Part shown: positions 1-12,436 of the stretch, in pieces
How positions within the stretch are numbered: position 1 is the stretch's first letter
Layout of the letters: each line of letters starts with the position of its first letter
Assembly: GCA_951406725.2 (NCBI GenBank)
Contig: OX597819.1
Location: forward strand, 93,744,001 to 93,808,000
Direction: 5' to 3'
DNA: 64,000 bases
Origin: Octopus vulgaris
Taxonomy: Eukaryota
Position numbers and translations under genes: made by a program
The notes under the pieces: generated by a model
What the model saw: only the letters and a program-made list of their open reading frames with translations
Databases searched by the model: none
Told to the model about the DNA's origin: nothing

Positions 1-74
1 TCCTTTATAAGGAATTAATGTGAAGCATAAACAAAAAAGAAAACTTTTCATTATTTGATATTTTATAAAAATAA

Positions 75-700
75 TTATAATAATAATAATGAAATTATTG
101 TATACAGTGCTCAGGTGCACCACAACTTGTCAAAAGTGCATATAAAGCATATGCAGTAATGTACAAATGTCTGGAAAGTGAACAGTGTATGAGTTAGATA
201 CATGCTTGCACATGTATGGATGGGAGAAAATCAGGTATAGTGTTGGCGAATCTCAGGAAGCATGGAAGTTTTGAAGGATGCAGTGCTCCGACAACAAACA
301 ACTGATGCCGGCAGTTTGTTTCATACTTCAGCAACTCTTAGCATAAAAAAATGTTTCCGAAGTTATGGGAGCTGTGCTGTTTTCTGACTTTGTAAACATG
401 TCCATGGGTGTTAGACAGGTGGAGTTTGAAAAGGTGCTCAGAGTTATTGTTTGTAAGATGGTTAATAATTTTATAGGTGTCTGCCAAGTCAGCTGCCAGA
501 CGTCGGATTTTCAGTGTATCCATGCCCAGGGAAGTAAGGCATTCAGAATATGACAAATGCCTGATGGAGGGTATTCTCTTGGTTGCACGTCGCTGAACAG
601 CTTCTAGATGATTAATATCCTGGGCAAAATAGGGGTTCCAGACCGGTGATGCAAATTCCAGGTGAGGTCACACCATAGCTATATAAAGCTGCAGGTGGGA
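75..700 (-). mobile_element. 3' end of a CR1/L2-like LINE (RT C-terminus, 3'UTR, (ATT)n tail), 5'-truncated
   Basis: Minus strand translates LQLYIAMV*PHLEFASPVWNPYFAQDINHLEAVQRRATKRIPSIRHLSYSECLTSLGMDTLKIRRLAADLADTYKII, typical of the post-RT region of CR1/L2/Jockey-group ORF2. One in-frame stop. Ends in (TAA)n on +. Confidence 0.85.
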
Positions 701-1390
701 TGGATGCATAAATAATTCTAACTTGGTGACTTACATGGCTAACCTTCAATCCCTATTTTCAGAAGTTTTAAACACACTCTTTAGCATCTGTGTAGTTATT
801 AGTCTCACTGACACTACATGGTATTTTAACTTAAAATGATCAATTCTTTAATGAGTACAGTCAAATGGAATAGTTTCCATATCAACCAATGAAGAAATAG
901 ATTTATATACAATTCTTTCCAAGTCAGACATTACCAATCCTAGTTGATAACTAATTATAATTTTATGGATGTAACAAATTACGAAACAAAAAAATTACTT
1001 CTAAAGAAGACTTTTTCTTTTACTAACCAGAATTCTTTCAAATGTATTTGTGCAGTTGTGATGATGGCTTTTCATCTTAGATTTGTATTTCATATTTCTC
1101 ATTTGAGACCTTTGGCCGTTTACTTTATCGTTGAAATTATATAATTGAAGAAACATCCATCTCCAGTTTTTTACAAGAATTAGCATGTTTCAGAATTTTC
1201 TATTGCATATTAACACGGTGACTTGGAAGAGTAATTTGTGCGAATTTCTTCAAGTAATAGCATTTTGGTCTGAACTGAATTTTATATATATATTTATTTA
1301 TTTTTATCTCCTTTTGTATATCTGTTTATATCTGAATTTTTTTTCTATTTCATTTTTTTTCTACTTTTACTTATCTAGAAATCCCTCATT

Positions 1391-1477
1391 CCCATTTCTT
1401 CAAGAAAAAGTAATTTCTCAGCCCCATTTCTTCAAGAAAAAGTAATCTCTCAGCCCCATTTCTTCAAGAAAAAGTAA
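1391..1477. repeat. 32-bp tandem repeat, ~2.7 copies
   Basis: CCCATTTCTTCAAGAAAAAGTAATYTCTCAGC repeated head to tail. Confidence 0.95.
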
Positions 1478-1619
1478 AGCAGCATTATATTTTCGTTTTA
1501 CTAAACAACTAAAAAGAGAGATTCCTTCTATATTTTATGCTGATAAGTACCATGTTCCAGTGCAGTTGCAGATAGTATAATACACGAAACAAGAAATCTT
1601 GTCTCATTGTATTTATTTT

Positions 1620-1978
1620 AATTTACTTGTTTCGGTCATTAGACTGTGGTCATGCTAAGGCACCACCTTGAAGAATCTTTAGTCGAACGAATCAATTTTA
1701 GTACTTATTTATTTAAGGTCTGGTACCTATTATATTGACCTTGTTTTGCTGAACTGCTAAGTTACATGGATGTAAACTTACACCAGCTGTCAAGTGATGG
1801 TAGGGGACAAACACACACACATACAACAGGCTTCTTTCAGTTTCCGTCTACCAAATCCACTTACAAGGTTTTGACCAAATCAAGGCAATAGTAGAAGACA
1901 CTTATCCAAGGTGCCATGCAGTGGGACTGAATCCAAAATTGTGTGGTTGGTAAGCAAACTTCTTACCACACAGCCATG
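1620..1978 (-). mobile_element. tRNA-derived SINE family A (CORE-like box, internal microsatellite)
   Basis: Reverse complement matches the family-A copies at 10255 and 14751 (TGGCTGTGTGGTAAG...GGTTCAGTCCCACTG...ACCTTGGGCAAGTGTCTTCTACTATAG). Confidence 0.8.
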
Positions 1979-2189
1979 ACTGACATTTTCTTCATTTTTT
2001 CCTCTTTCCTTTTACTTCTTAACTTCTTTTCTCTGTTTCTGTTCTTATCTTTTTTCTCCCTTTCACACACACTCAGAACTAACTTATGCTGTATCCTTTT
2101 GAAGAATTCAAAATAAGCAGTTAGTCACTCTAGACTCTGACATTCAGATGAATGTGATGATTATTATCATGATAAGCATTTTAATTAGC

Positions 2190-2555
2190 TTTTTCTGATG
2201 GGCCAGTGGATTTCCAAGATATAGCCCCCCAATTTATCACAGATCCTCCTCCATGTTTAACAGTTGGAAGAAGGCAGTCTTGGTCAAATGCTTCTTTTGG
2301 CTGTCTCCACTCGTATACTCAGCCGGTGGTTGGAAATAAGGTAAAGGATGACTTGTCCGAGAAAATAACATTCTGCCACTGCTCTAGGAACCAATTAATT
2401 ACCATTTTGATTACCTTTTTCTGGTGATATCTGAAAGAAACAGCAATTTTAGCAAAACATTAAGCAAAACTAATAATAAATAAAAAAAAACATAAAAATA
2501 AACAAGCTTTTGATGCTTTTGATGCTAAGTGTTTCCATTATTTTGTCCAACCCTT
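2190..2555 (-). mobile_element. Tc1-like transposase fragment (degenerate)
   Basis: Minus strand 2387->2201 reads [61 protein letters not shown], matching the Tc1 W..V.FSDES and [14 protein letters not shown] motifs. Confidence 0.9.
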
Positions 2556-2761
2556 TGTCCAACAGATAATCTGGTCCATCTCACCATAAATAAGTATTGC
2601 AGAGCAGAAACCATACATTAAAAGCTATTGTAGCACTGTGAAAGTGACCAGTGTTCAATTCGCTTTTAAAGATATGTGGTGACTTTTACTGTATATATAT
2701 TCTTTGGAAAGAACAAACACAGTCATTTGAATCACATTGATTGTATGCATTTCCCAAATCC

Positions 2762-2815
2762 TTTTGCAACCGTTTGCAACCGTTTGCAACCGTTTGCAAC
2801 CTTTTGCAGCCGTTT
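2762..2815. repeat. 10-bp tandem repeat (TTTGCAACCG), ~5 copies
   Basis: Directly visible. Confidence 0.9.
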
Positions 2816-3577
2816 AATACCAACTCACTTTAGATGATCTGTATTAGGTGCCTGTACTTAAATTAAAATCTCAATTAAAATCAGATTATAGCATGAATGA
2901 TATTGTTAGCTTTCAGTCAGTCAACATGGGCATATTATACAAATACATAGAATTGCAAATATTTTACTAGCCCCACTCCAAAATTTTGGCTATATTGAAA
3001 ATTAATTTAAACAGGTGATCTGCTCAATATAAATAAGGCCACAAAAGGATTAATTTTACTCCCTGTGACCCATGATATAGCCTTGAGATCCAAAGGCATA
3101 TATATGATAACACGGACTGATCACATATGCAAGTATGTTTGTTTGCATTATTATTGAAACTTATTATGGTGATGACCTGGCAGAATTGTTAGCATACTGG
3201 ATAAAATGCTTACCAGCTTTTTTGTCCATGTTGAGTTCAAATTCCACTGGGGTCGAGTTTGTTTTTCATTCTTTTGAGGATGATAAAATAAGTACCAGTT
3301 GGACTCTGGTGTCAATATAATTGAATAGTGGGCCCCACCAAAAGAAATTTCGCACTCTGTGCCTATAGTTGAAAGAATTATTAATACTTATTTTATTAAA
3401 CTTCAAAGATCTTTTTCAGTAGACATTAATTATATCTCCAATCTCAAACTTGCTTTAATGATATATTTTTAAAAACATTTTGAAAAAAACTAATTATTTG
3501 CTGAAAATACATTTTAAGCCTAATGATTACTTTAAAAGTTCAATTTTTTCAATATGCTTCAATAATGTGAACATGAA

Positions 3578-4006
3578 GGTGGCAAGGTGGCAGAAACGTT
3601 AGTACGCCAGGCAAAATTCTTAGCAGTCTTTAGTCTGTCTTTACAATCTAAGTTCAAATTCCACCGAGGTCGACTTTGCCTTTCATCCTTTTGGGATCAA
3701 TAAATTAAGCATCAGTTACACACTGGGGTCGATGTAATCGACTTAATCCCTTTGTCTGTCCTTGTTTGTCCACTCTATGTTCAGCCCCTTGTGGGCAATA
3801 AAGAAATAAGAAACATTTGCATGCCAGGTGAAATTCTTAGCAGTATTTCGTCTGTCTTTATGATCTGAGTTCAAATTCTACTGAGGTCGACTTTGCCTTT
3901 CATCTTTTCAGGGTCGATAAATTAAGTACCAGGTGCATATTGGGGTCAATCTAATTGACAGGCTCCCTCCCCCAAAATTTCAGGCCTTGTGCCTAGAGTA
4001 GAAAAG
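3578..4006 (+). mobile_element. SINE family B (Deu/Nin-domain-like), dimeric, with 17-bp TSD
   Basis: GGTCGACTTTGCCTTTCATCCTTT..GGGTCGATAAATTAAGTACCAG body occurs twice. Flanks are AATAATGTGAACATGAA (3561-3577) and AATAATGTGAATGTGAA (4007-4023). Confidence 0.85.
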
Positions 4007-4666
4007 AATAATGTGAATGTGAATGTTGTTTGTTTATTCTTTCAGTTATTCAATTAGTTTATATATTAATATTATACATGCATACTATATTCACATTCTC
4101 TCCACTATGCTTTTCTCATAAAACTGTTGAACTCTTTTCAAGTTTTTATAAATTTATGAATTACAAATTTTCTAAGTTTATATCATACTTATATTATATA
4201 ATATTATATTTATATTATATTATATCATATTTATATTATATTATATATTTATATTACAAAATTTATAAATTCATAAATTATAGATTCAAACACTATGAAA
4301 AAGCTAAAGAAGATCTAACAATCTATTCCTTCATTCTCAAACGTTTCATCTATAAAGCCTTTTCACACATTCAAAGGATGAGTGAGATTTTCAAGTGCAA
4401 ATCTTAAACAAAATGCAAATTTTACTACAGATCGGTATTAATAAAGAAAAGAAAAACTAATTGGAGGAAAGAAATTCTTAGTGCATTTTTAAAGACAAAA
4501 CAGACTCCAGTGAGCCAAATAGGAGTGATAAAACCACTCCAAATGTAATTATTTAGTAAACTTTCTAATTGTAAATGTCCTGTCCATGTATTGCTGTTGC
4601 TATTTGTCAACATCATCATTGCCATTGTTGTTGGTTTGCTGTTGTTGATGGTAGTGTTTTTGTTGT

Positions 4667-5061
4667 AAGGCAGTGAGCTGGCAGAATCATTAGCACGCCA
4701 GGCAAAATGCTTAGTGGTATTTCGTCTGCCGTTACGTTCTGAGTTCAAATTCCACCAAGGTCGACTTTGCCTTTCATCCTTTCAGGGTCGATTAAATAAG
4801 TACCAGTTATGCACTGGGGTCGATGTAATCGACTTAATCCGTTTGTCTGTCTTTGTTTGTCCACTCTGTGTTTAGCCCCTTGTGGGTAGTAAAGAAATAG
4901 GTATTTCGTCTGCCATTACGTTCTGAGTTCAAATTCCGCCGAGGTCGACTTTGCCTTTCATCCTTTTGGGGTCGATTAAATAAGTACCAATTACACACTG
5001 GGGTCAATATAATCGACTTGTCCTCTCTGTGTTTAGCCCCTTGTGGGTAGTAAAGAAATAT
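4667..5061 (+). mobile_element. SINE family B, dimeric, with 16-bp TSD
   Basis: Head GGCAGTGAGCTGGCAGAATCATTAGCACGCC, two bodies, TSD GTAGTGTTTTTGYTGT at 4651-4666 and 5062-5077. Confidence 0.9.
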
Positions 5062-5469
5062 GTAGTGTTTTTGCTGTTATTACCACCATAATTCTCATCA
5101 CTGTTGTCATTCTTCTTATTGTCTAGCCCCTTCCCACTGCCCTTATCAGCCCTGTTTGTATGGACCTATGATCAAATGCATTCCTGTCACTACCATTCTG
5201 AGTAGATTTTTGTTCCTTTTTCTTCTTTTTATATTCCAAGATTGTAAATCTAGGAATGCATCATCACATGTAATTTTCTTTTTCTTTCTTTTTGGCAACT
5301 GGTGTTAGTGGTAAGGTGTGCTTTGAGGATGATTCAGTCATTACTTTTATCTGGTCAAGTGACTTAGTATATTCCCTCATTGTCTTGTATTTCTTCCTAA
5401 GATTACATTTTACAGATTCTCTTGATAAGCATTAGGATGTAATATGAGGGAGACCATGTTGCTATTTCT

Positions 5470-6110
5470 TATTTCTTATTTCTTTATTGCCCACAAGGGG
5501 CTAAACACAGAGGGGACAAACAAGGACAGACAAAGGGATTAAGTCGATTAAATTGACCCCAGTGCATAACTGGTAATTTATCGACTCCAAAAGGATGAAA
5601 GGCAAAGTCGACCTCGGCGGTATTTGAACTCAGGACGTAACACCAGATGAAATACTGCTAAGCATTTCACCCAGCGTACTAGTGTTTCTTATTTCTTTAT
5701 TGCCCACAAGGGGCTAAACATAGAGCAGACAAACAAAGACACACAAAGAGATTAAGTCGATGACATCGACCCCCAGTGCACAACTGGTACTTAATTTATC
5801 GACCCCGAAAGGATGAAAGGCAAAGTCGACCTTGGCAGAATTTGAACTCAGAACGTAACAGCAGACAAAATACTGCTAAGCATTTTGCCTGGCATGCTAA
5901 CGTTTCTTATTTCTTATTTCTTTATTGCCCACAAGGGGCTAAACATAGAGCAGACAAACAAGGGCCCACCAGTGCGCAACTGGTTCTTAATTTATCAACC
6001 CCGAAAAGGCAAAGTCAACCTCGGTGGAATTTGAACTCAGAACGTAATGGCAGACGAAATACAGCTACGCATTTCACCTGGCGTGCTAACGTTTCTGCCA
6101 GCTCACCACC
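5470..6110 (-). mobile_element. SINE family B, trimeric, with ~25-bp TSD
   Basis: Three reverse-complement bodies. TSD TGAGGGAGAYCATGTTGCTATTTCT at 5445-5469 and 6118-6142. Confidence 0.9.
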
Positions 6111-6886
6111 CTCATGTTGAGGGAGATCATGTTGCTATTTCTACAAGTTTGAACAACCACACGAAGGTTCCCCTCAAAGACTAGCTTTAACCAAAATATC
6201 AAAGAGATGTGAATACATTAAAAAAAGATGTACAACATAAACACAATATACTTTTTGAATGAGCAAATTTCTTTAGTCTTTAGTACAGAATATATTGCCA
6301 AAGATGAACAAGGAACATCTAAGATGAAGTAGTTTGAGATTCATTGCAAGATAAGGCCACTAAAAGAAGATGAAATGATATGTTACTATTGCAGTGCACC
6401 ACAAGAGGCTGCCTATTCAAAACCATCTGTTCCATGCCATTATCCTAAATCAATGATAACAATACACATGGAAAAAAAAAATCTTTGTTTATAATGTTAT
6501 AAACGTGTTATATAAACATTAGAAATAGTATAATTGTTTCAAGAATGTATAAAGTTGGCAGAATTAATAAAGTAACAGGTTAAATACATTACTACGCATA
6601 GCGTTTATACATGTGCATGTGTGGGGGGGGTGTTTGTGAGTGTGTATTTGTGGGAGTTGTAGTCATGGCAGTGTAGTTAGAAGGTTTGCTTTACGATCTC
6701 ATGGTTTCTGGTTCAGTCCCACTGTACCGCACCTTGGGCAAGTGTCTTCTGCTATAACATCAGGCTGACCAAAGCCATGAGAGTGGATTTCTATGATAGA
6801 AGCTGCAACAAACCTGTATATTTACACAAGCACACACACACACATGCATAATATATACATATATATAGGTGCAGGAATGGCTGTGT

Positions 6887-7028
6887 GGTAAGTAGCTTGC
6901 TTACCAACCATATGGTTCCAGGTTCAGTCCCACTCATGGCACCTTAGGCAAGTGTCTTCTACTATAGCCTCAGGTCAAAACAAAGCCTTGTGAGTGAATT
7001 TGGTAGATGGAAACTGCAAGAAGTCCAT

Positions 7029-7079
<51 letters not shown>

Positions 7080-7305
7080 TTGTGTGTCTGTGTTTGTTCC
7101 CCCACCCCACCCCACCCCAGCAACACTTGCCAACTGATGTTGGTGTGTTTACATCCCTGTAACTTATCAGTTCAGCAAAAGAGACCAAAAGAATAAGTAC
7201 TAGGCTTACAAAAAATAAGTCCTGGGAGTTGATTTGTTCAACTAAAGGCAGTACTCCAGCATGGCCACAGTTAAATGACTGAAACAAGTATAAAAGAATT
7301 AAAAG
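6887..7305 (+). mobile_element. SINE family A, full length (an older partial copy precedes it at ~6650-6815)
   Basis: tRNA-like A/B-box head, ACCTTAGGCAAGTG box, (TA)n linker, 3' part ending ATGACTGAAACAAGT. Confidence 0.85.
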
Positions 7306-7321
7306 GAAATATGTGTGTGTA

Positions 7322-7361
<40 letters not shown>

Positions 7362-7754
7362 AACATATATATATCATCATTATCATCACCATCATTTAAC
7401 GTCCCATTTTCCATGCTGGCTTGGGTAGGACAGTTTGAGAGGAACTTACAGCCAGAGGACTGCAGCAAGTTCCAGTGTTTACTTTGGCATGCTTCCTACA
7501 GCTGGATGCCCTTACTAATACCAACCACTTTACAAAGTGTACTGGGTATTTTGCTTTGATTTTGTTTTGTTTGGTTTCTGTTTTGTTTTGTTTTTTTTTG
7601 TGCTAAATATGAAAAGATAGATAGTCCAGAAATCAACCTGAGAATGTTGATAGCCCAGAACTCTGGTTGAGTTCTGGGCTATCAACACTCTCAGATTCCA
7701 GACTAATACCAAAATTCTTCAGGAGTGGAAAATCTACACAATGGTTTATATATA

Positions 7755-8052
7755 TATTCTTTTATTTGTTTTGGCCTCTTTTGCTGAACTGCTAAGTTAT
7801 GGAGGTGTAAGCACACCAGCATTGGTTGTCAAGCGATGTTGGAGGGACAAACACAGACACAAGCATACATACACACACACATAGATATACAGTGGGCTTC
7901 CTTCAGTTTCTGTCTACCAAATCCACTCACAAGGCTTTGGTCAGCCCAAGGCTATAGTAGTAAACACTTGCCTAAGGTGCCACGTAGTGGGACTGAACCC
8001 AGAACAATGTAGTTGGTAAGCAAGCTACTTAACATACAGCCACTCCTGCGCC
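7755..8052 (-). mobile_element. SINE family A
   Basis: Reverse complement of the family-A consensus; + strand ends CAGCCACTCCTGCGCC. Confidence 0.85.
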
Positions 8053-8066
8053 TATATATATATATG

Positions 8067-8290
8067 TCATCATCATCATCATCATCATTGTCATTTAACG
8101 TCGGTTTTCCATGCCGGCATGAGTTGAACAGTTTGGCAGGGGCTGACCAACTGAAGGGCTGTTCAGGTTCCCTCTCTGTTTTGGCATGGTTTCTACAGCT
8201 GGATGCCCTTCCTAATGCCAACCCCTTTACAGAGTGTACTGGGTGCTTTTACACAACACCAGCATAGGTACTTTTTTACATAGCACCAGC
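8067..8290 (-). mobile_element. (GAT)n-tailed retroposon 3' end (RTE-partner type); related copies near 7375, 11060, 13600, 49150 (+), 54620, 57810, 58225
   Basis: (CAT)n-TTTAACGTC..TTTCCATGC...TTTCTACAGCTGGATGCCCTTCCTAA recurs across the window. The RTE link is inferred from the tandem-repeat tail. Confidence 0.7.
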
Positions 8291-9496
8291 ATATATATAT
8301 ATATATATATAAATTAGAAAAAGACCACCTTTTATCAATTCAACAATGAAAAATTTTAATTATACCATTTAGAATAAATTACATCATATAGAAAAATTAT
8401 ATATAAGATAAAAACATATACCAATGATTAAGTAATGTGCAAAATAATAATTTTTCCCTGTAAGTTTGGAATAATATTCCCTCATATTATATATATGTAT
8501 GTATATACATATTTCCACACCATTTTCCTTTACCATATTCACTCTCACGGCATTGGTTGGCCCAGGGCTATAGTAGTAGAAGACACTTTGGGACTGTACC
8601 CAAAACCACATAGTTGCAAAGCAAGTATCATAACCCCCACAGCCATGCCTGCACCTGGTCAATTGACTGTCATGTTTTGTTTTCCTTCCTGTCTCAGATA
8701 TTACACAGTATCAAACATGCCCTTCCTTTTTAAAGCAATGGTGTGTTATTGGATGAAGTTTGACTTCTATTTCTAGCTGATTGAATGAGTGACCACATGA
8801 AGATTCCCCTTCATTTGCCTCATTTCTTTTTTTTTATAGCTGCAATCACATGTTAAGCGGTGACAATAATCAGAAACTGTGATGTTTCGAAGATTTCTTT
8901 ATAGTAAGATTGGTCCTATATAAATGTCTTATGTAGACAGTGAGAGATGGGATCTACAAATATTCTAGTGACATTTTCTAGATAATAACATAAATGAGGT
9001 TGATTCCATGTATGAAGAATGGCATCACAGACAAGCTCACATACAATGGTATCTAATTAGCAACTTTATACTAATCACTGTTATTTTGCTGATTCCTTAT
9101 TCATTACACAGCTATTTTAGATTTTCTTCATCCCATCCATCACTCTCCTCTTTCTCTCTCTCTCTCTTTCACTTTCACCTTCCTTTCTTTTACCCTTTTC
9201 TTTCTCTCTCTCCCACTCTTTCTCTCTTTCTCCCTCTGTTTCTTGCTCTCTCTCTCTTTGTTATACATTCCACTACTCATACTCCCACCACTTCCTCTTG
9301 ACCTTAGTTCATTGTTACAAGATCTGATTCTATATTTCCTATTTTTATTTTCCATTTCATTGTAAATTTTCCTACTTCTCAACAGATATTATTGGTATTT
9401 TCCACTCTTCTGTTTCTGATCCCAACAGGAAAATTCTCGGTTTTTGTAATTTTTTTTTCTCCTGCTGTGTGATTTGATGTGAATTACAAAAAAAAT

Positions 9497-9692
9497 CATC
9501 ATCATCATCATCATCATCATTGTTTTCATCATCATCATAATCATCATTATCGTTGTTGTTATTATTATTGTTATTATCATCATCATCATTATTATTATCA
9601 TTATTATTATCATTATCATTATTATTATTATCATCATTATTATTATTATTACTATTATTATTGTTGTTGTTGTTGTTGTTATTATTATTATT
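9497..9692. repeat. compound trinucleotide microsatellite (CAT/TAT/TGT)
   Basis: Directly visible; explains the poly-H/Y/L ORFs. Confidence 0.95.
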
Positions 9693-10254
9693 AAATTTTC
9701 TTCATTATTCTTTCTACCTTGCACCAATCACCCACCACCACCACTCCACTCCCTTTAATTCTTTGATCAATTGACTTTTGCTTCATTTCACTTCATTCTT
9801 GGTATGAATACTAATGAGCCATCAGATCTTGTGAAAATCTCATTATTGAGCTAATATTGGTTGATATTAAGTATTAATTCTGCTGTCTTCATTGTACAAA
9901 GTATGACTTTGGTCTAAGAAGATAAACCAGTTTACCAGTGTGTGCTAACATTCAAAACCAATCTTTCTTGTCAACTGACCTTGTTTTGTATCAAATTCTC
10001 TCTCATATATATTTTGAAAAAGGAAAAAAAAAATCCAGTTATTCAAACAATAAAAACAGGAATTGGTAAAAGTAATTTTTAAAAAACATGTTTACAAAAT
10101 AAGTAAGTGTATGAAATCATTGCAATAGGCTTAATATTTTGTTTTTTTACCATTCAAAATACATTTATATCACATAAGATCCTTGTCAGAGAATATTTTC
10201 TACAGTGGTTTTTTTTTTCCTTTGCAATCTCTTCTTATTTAATATTGTTTATTA

Positions 10255-10423
10255 GGCGCAGGAGTGGCTGTGTGGTAAGTAGCTTGCTTACCAACCACAT
10301 GGTTCCGGGTTCAGTCCTACTGCGTGGCACTTTGGGTAAGTGTCTTCTACTATAGCCTCGGGCTGACCAAAGCCTTGTGAGTGGATTTGGTAGACGGAAA
10401 CTGAAAGAAGCCCATCGTATATA

Positions 10424-10500
<77 letters not shown>

Positions 10501-10700
10501 ATGTGTGTTTGTGTTTGTTCCCCCAACATCACTTGACAACCGATGCTGGTGTGTTTTCGTCCCCATAACTTAGCAGTTCAGCAAAAGAGACCTATAGAAT
10601 AAGTACTAGGCTTACAAAGAATAAGTCCTAGGGTCGATTTGCTCAACCAAAGGCAGTGCTCCAGCATGGCCACAGTCAAATGACTGAAACAGCTAAAAGA
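10255..10700 (+). mobile_element. SINE family A, full length
   Basis: GGCGCAGGAGTGGCTGTGTGGTAAG head, GGTTCAGTCC B-box-like motif, long (TA)n linker, 3' part to AAATGACTGAAAC. Confidence 0.9.
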
Positions 10701-12220
10701 GTTTATTGTTTATATTATCCTTTTGGTAGTAAGTTGCATATGTCTACAAATTCAGAGATTTTCATGTAGATCAAGCTTCATCATAGACACAGTATCCTAG
10801 AGATGGTTATCATCTAATTTATATGATAGAGAAGCTATTTTTATAAATTAGCCTTTTAAAGATTAAAATCAAGTTTATTAAGAGTTGTTAATCAGTTTAG
10901 TTTAAACCCAGGCCATCCTTGATTATGCAGACCTGTGATCAAAGGAATTCTAGCAATGGCTATTTCATCTTTTCATAATTTATCTCTGACTACATTAGGC
11001 ATGTCCTTGTTTGTTTGTCTTTTTCTTTTAAATATAATTGAATGAGATTTTAGAGATACATCATCATCATCATTTAACATCTTCCTTCCATGCTGGTATG
11101 GGTTGACCGGTTTGACAGGAGCTAGCCAGGCAAACTTCTGTGTATATTTTGGCACAGTTCTTATGGCTAGATGCCCTTCCTAACACCAACCACACTGCAG
11201 GGTGAGATGAATGCTTTTTATGTGACACCAGCACAGGCAAGGTCAGTTTTGGCATGGTTTTTACAACCAGATACCCTTCCAAATGTCAACCACTTTACAG
11301 TGTGGACTGGATGCTTTTTACCGCCCTTAGTCAAGCAAATCAACCTCAGGACTTATTCTTTTTTGTAAGCCTAGTACTTATTCTATTGATCTCTTTTGCC
11401 GAACCGCTGAACTACAGGGACATAATCACACTAACATCGGTTGTCAAGCAATGATGGGCGGGGGGGGGGGACAAACACAGACACACAAACATATATATGT
11501 GTGTAATGGGCTTCTACACTGCTAAAATAACTCCCATGGCATTTGGTCAGCCAAAGTGTATGGTGGAAGATATTTGCTTGAAGTGCTGCACAGTAGGACT
11601 GAAACCAGAACCATGTGGTTGCAAAGTGAGCTTCTTAACCAGACAATGGCAAATAACTACCTAAAGATTCCCATTGAGTGATTATTAGAGAAAGTCCCTT
11701 GCTGAATATCAACCACAACAATCTCACTAGTCCTTGATGAACTGTAAAAGTTATGGATGCTTCTTTAGCCTGACTAACCCTTTAAACACATAAATTCTTG
11801 AATAGTGAGAGCAACTTCACTGTCTGTACATTTCTTACATGTGTTGCTAGAGAAAGCAGATGGTTTTATTTTTAATTCCAGTTTTTAGCATTAACTATCC
11901 CTTTCAACTATCCCCTTTACTCAGAGGTAAAAATATCAATTTCTTTTCTCCATTATTTTTGATTTTGATACACGATTTCTGGAAAAGTTTGAAACTTCAC
12001 ACTTTTATGCGAACATTAGCACTTGTCTAAAGAGAAGATAAAAATGAAGAAATGCGTGGCTGTGTGGTAAAAAGCTTGCTTCCTAATCATATGATTTGGG
12101 GTTCAGCCCCACTGCATAGCATCTTGAGCAAGTGTCTTCTACTATAGCCTCAAGCTGACCAAAGCCTTGTGAGTGGAAATAGTCAATGGAAACTGAAAGA
12201 AACCTGTTTTATATGTGTGC

Positions 12221-12265
<45 letters not shown>

Positions 12266-12436
12266 CGTGCATGTCTTTGTGTCTGTTTGTCTCCCCACTG
12301 CCACCTGACAACCAGTGGTGGTGTGTTTATATCCCCATAACTTAACAGCTCAGCAAAAGTGACAGAATGGAAAGTTGGTGACAGGAAGGTTGCCCAACTG
12401 TAAAACAATCTCTCAATAATATGTATTCATGCAACT

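Noticed and set aside
1165-1235. Frame reading FTRISMF...INTVTW, faintly like Cav3 domain I S1 (FERISM.VILLNCVTLG)
   Set aside because: The spacing is wrong, the following GM..PC is missing and no suitable splice sites are evident; probably chance.
1391-1477. 32-bp repeats of CRISPR-like length
   Set aside because: Head-to-tail with no spacers, in a eukaryotic context with no cas genes.
10255-10330. tRNA-like sequences at the heads of families A and C
   Set aside because: They are A/B-box-like SINE heads that continue into SINE bodies; no complete cloverleaf seen.
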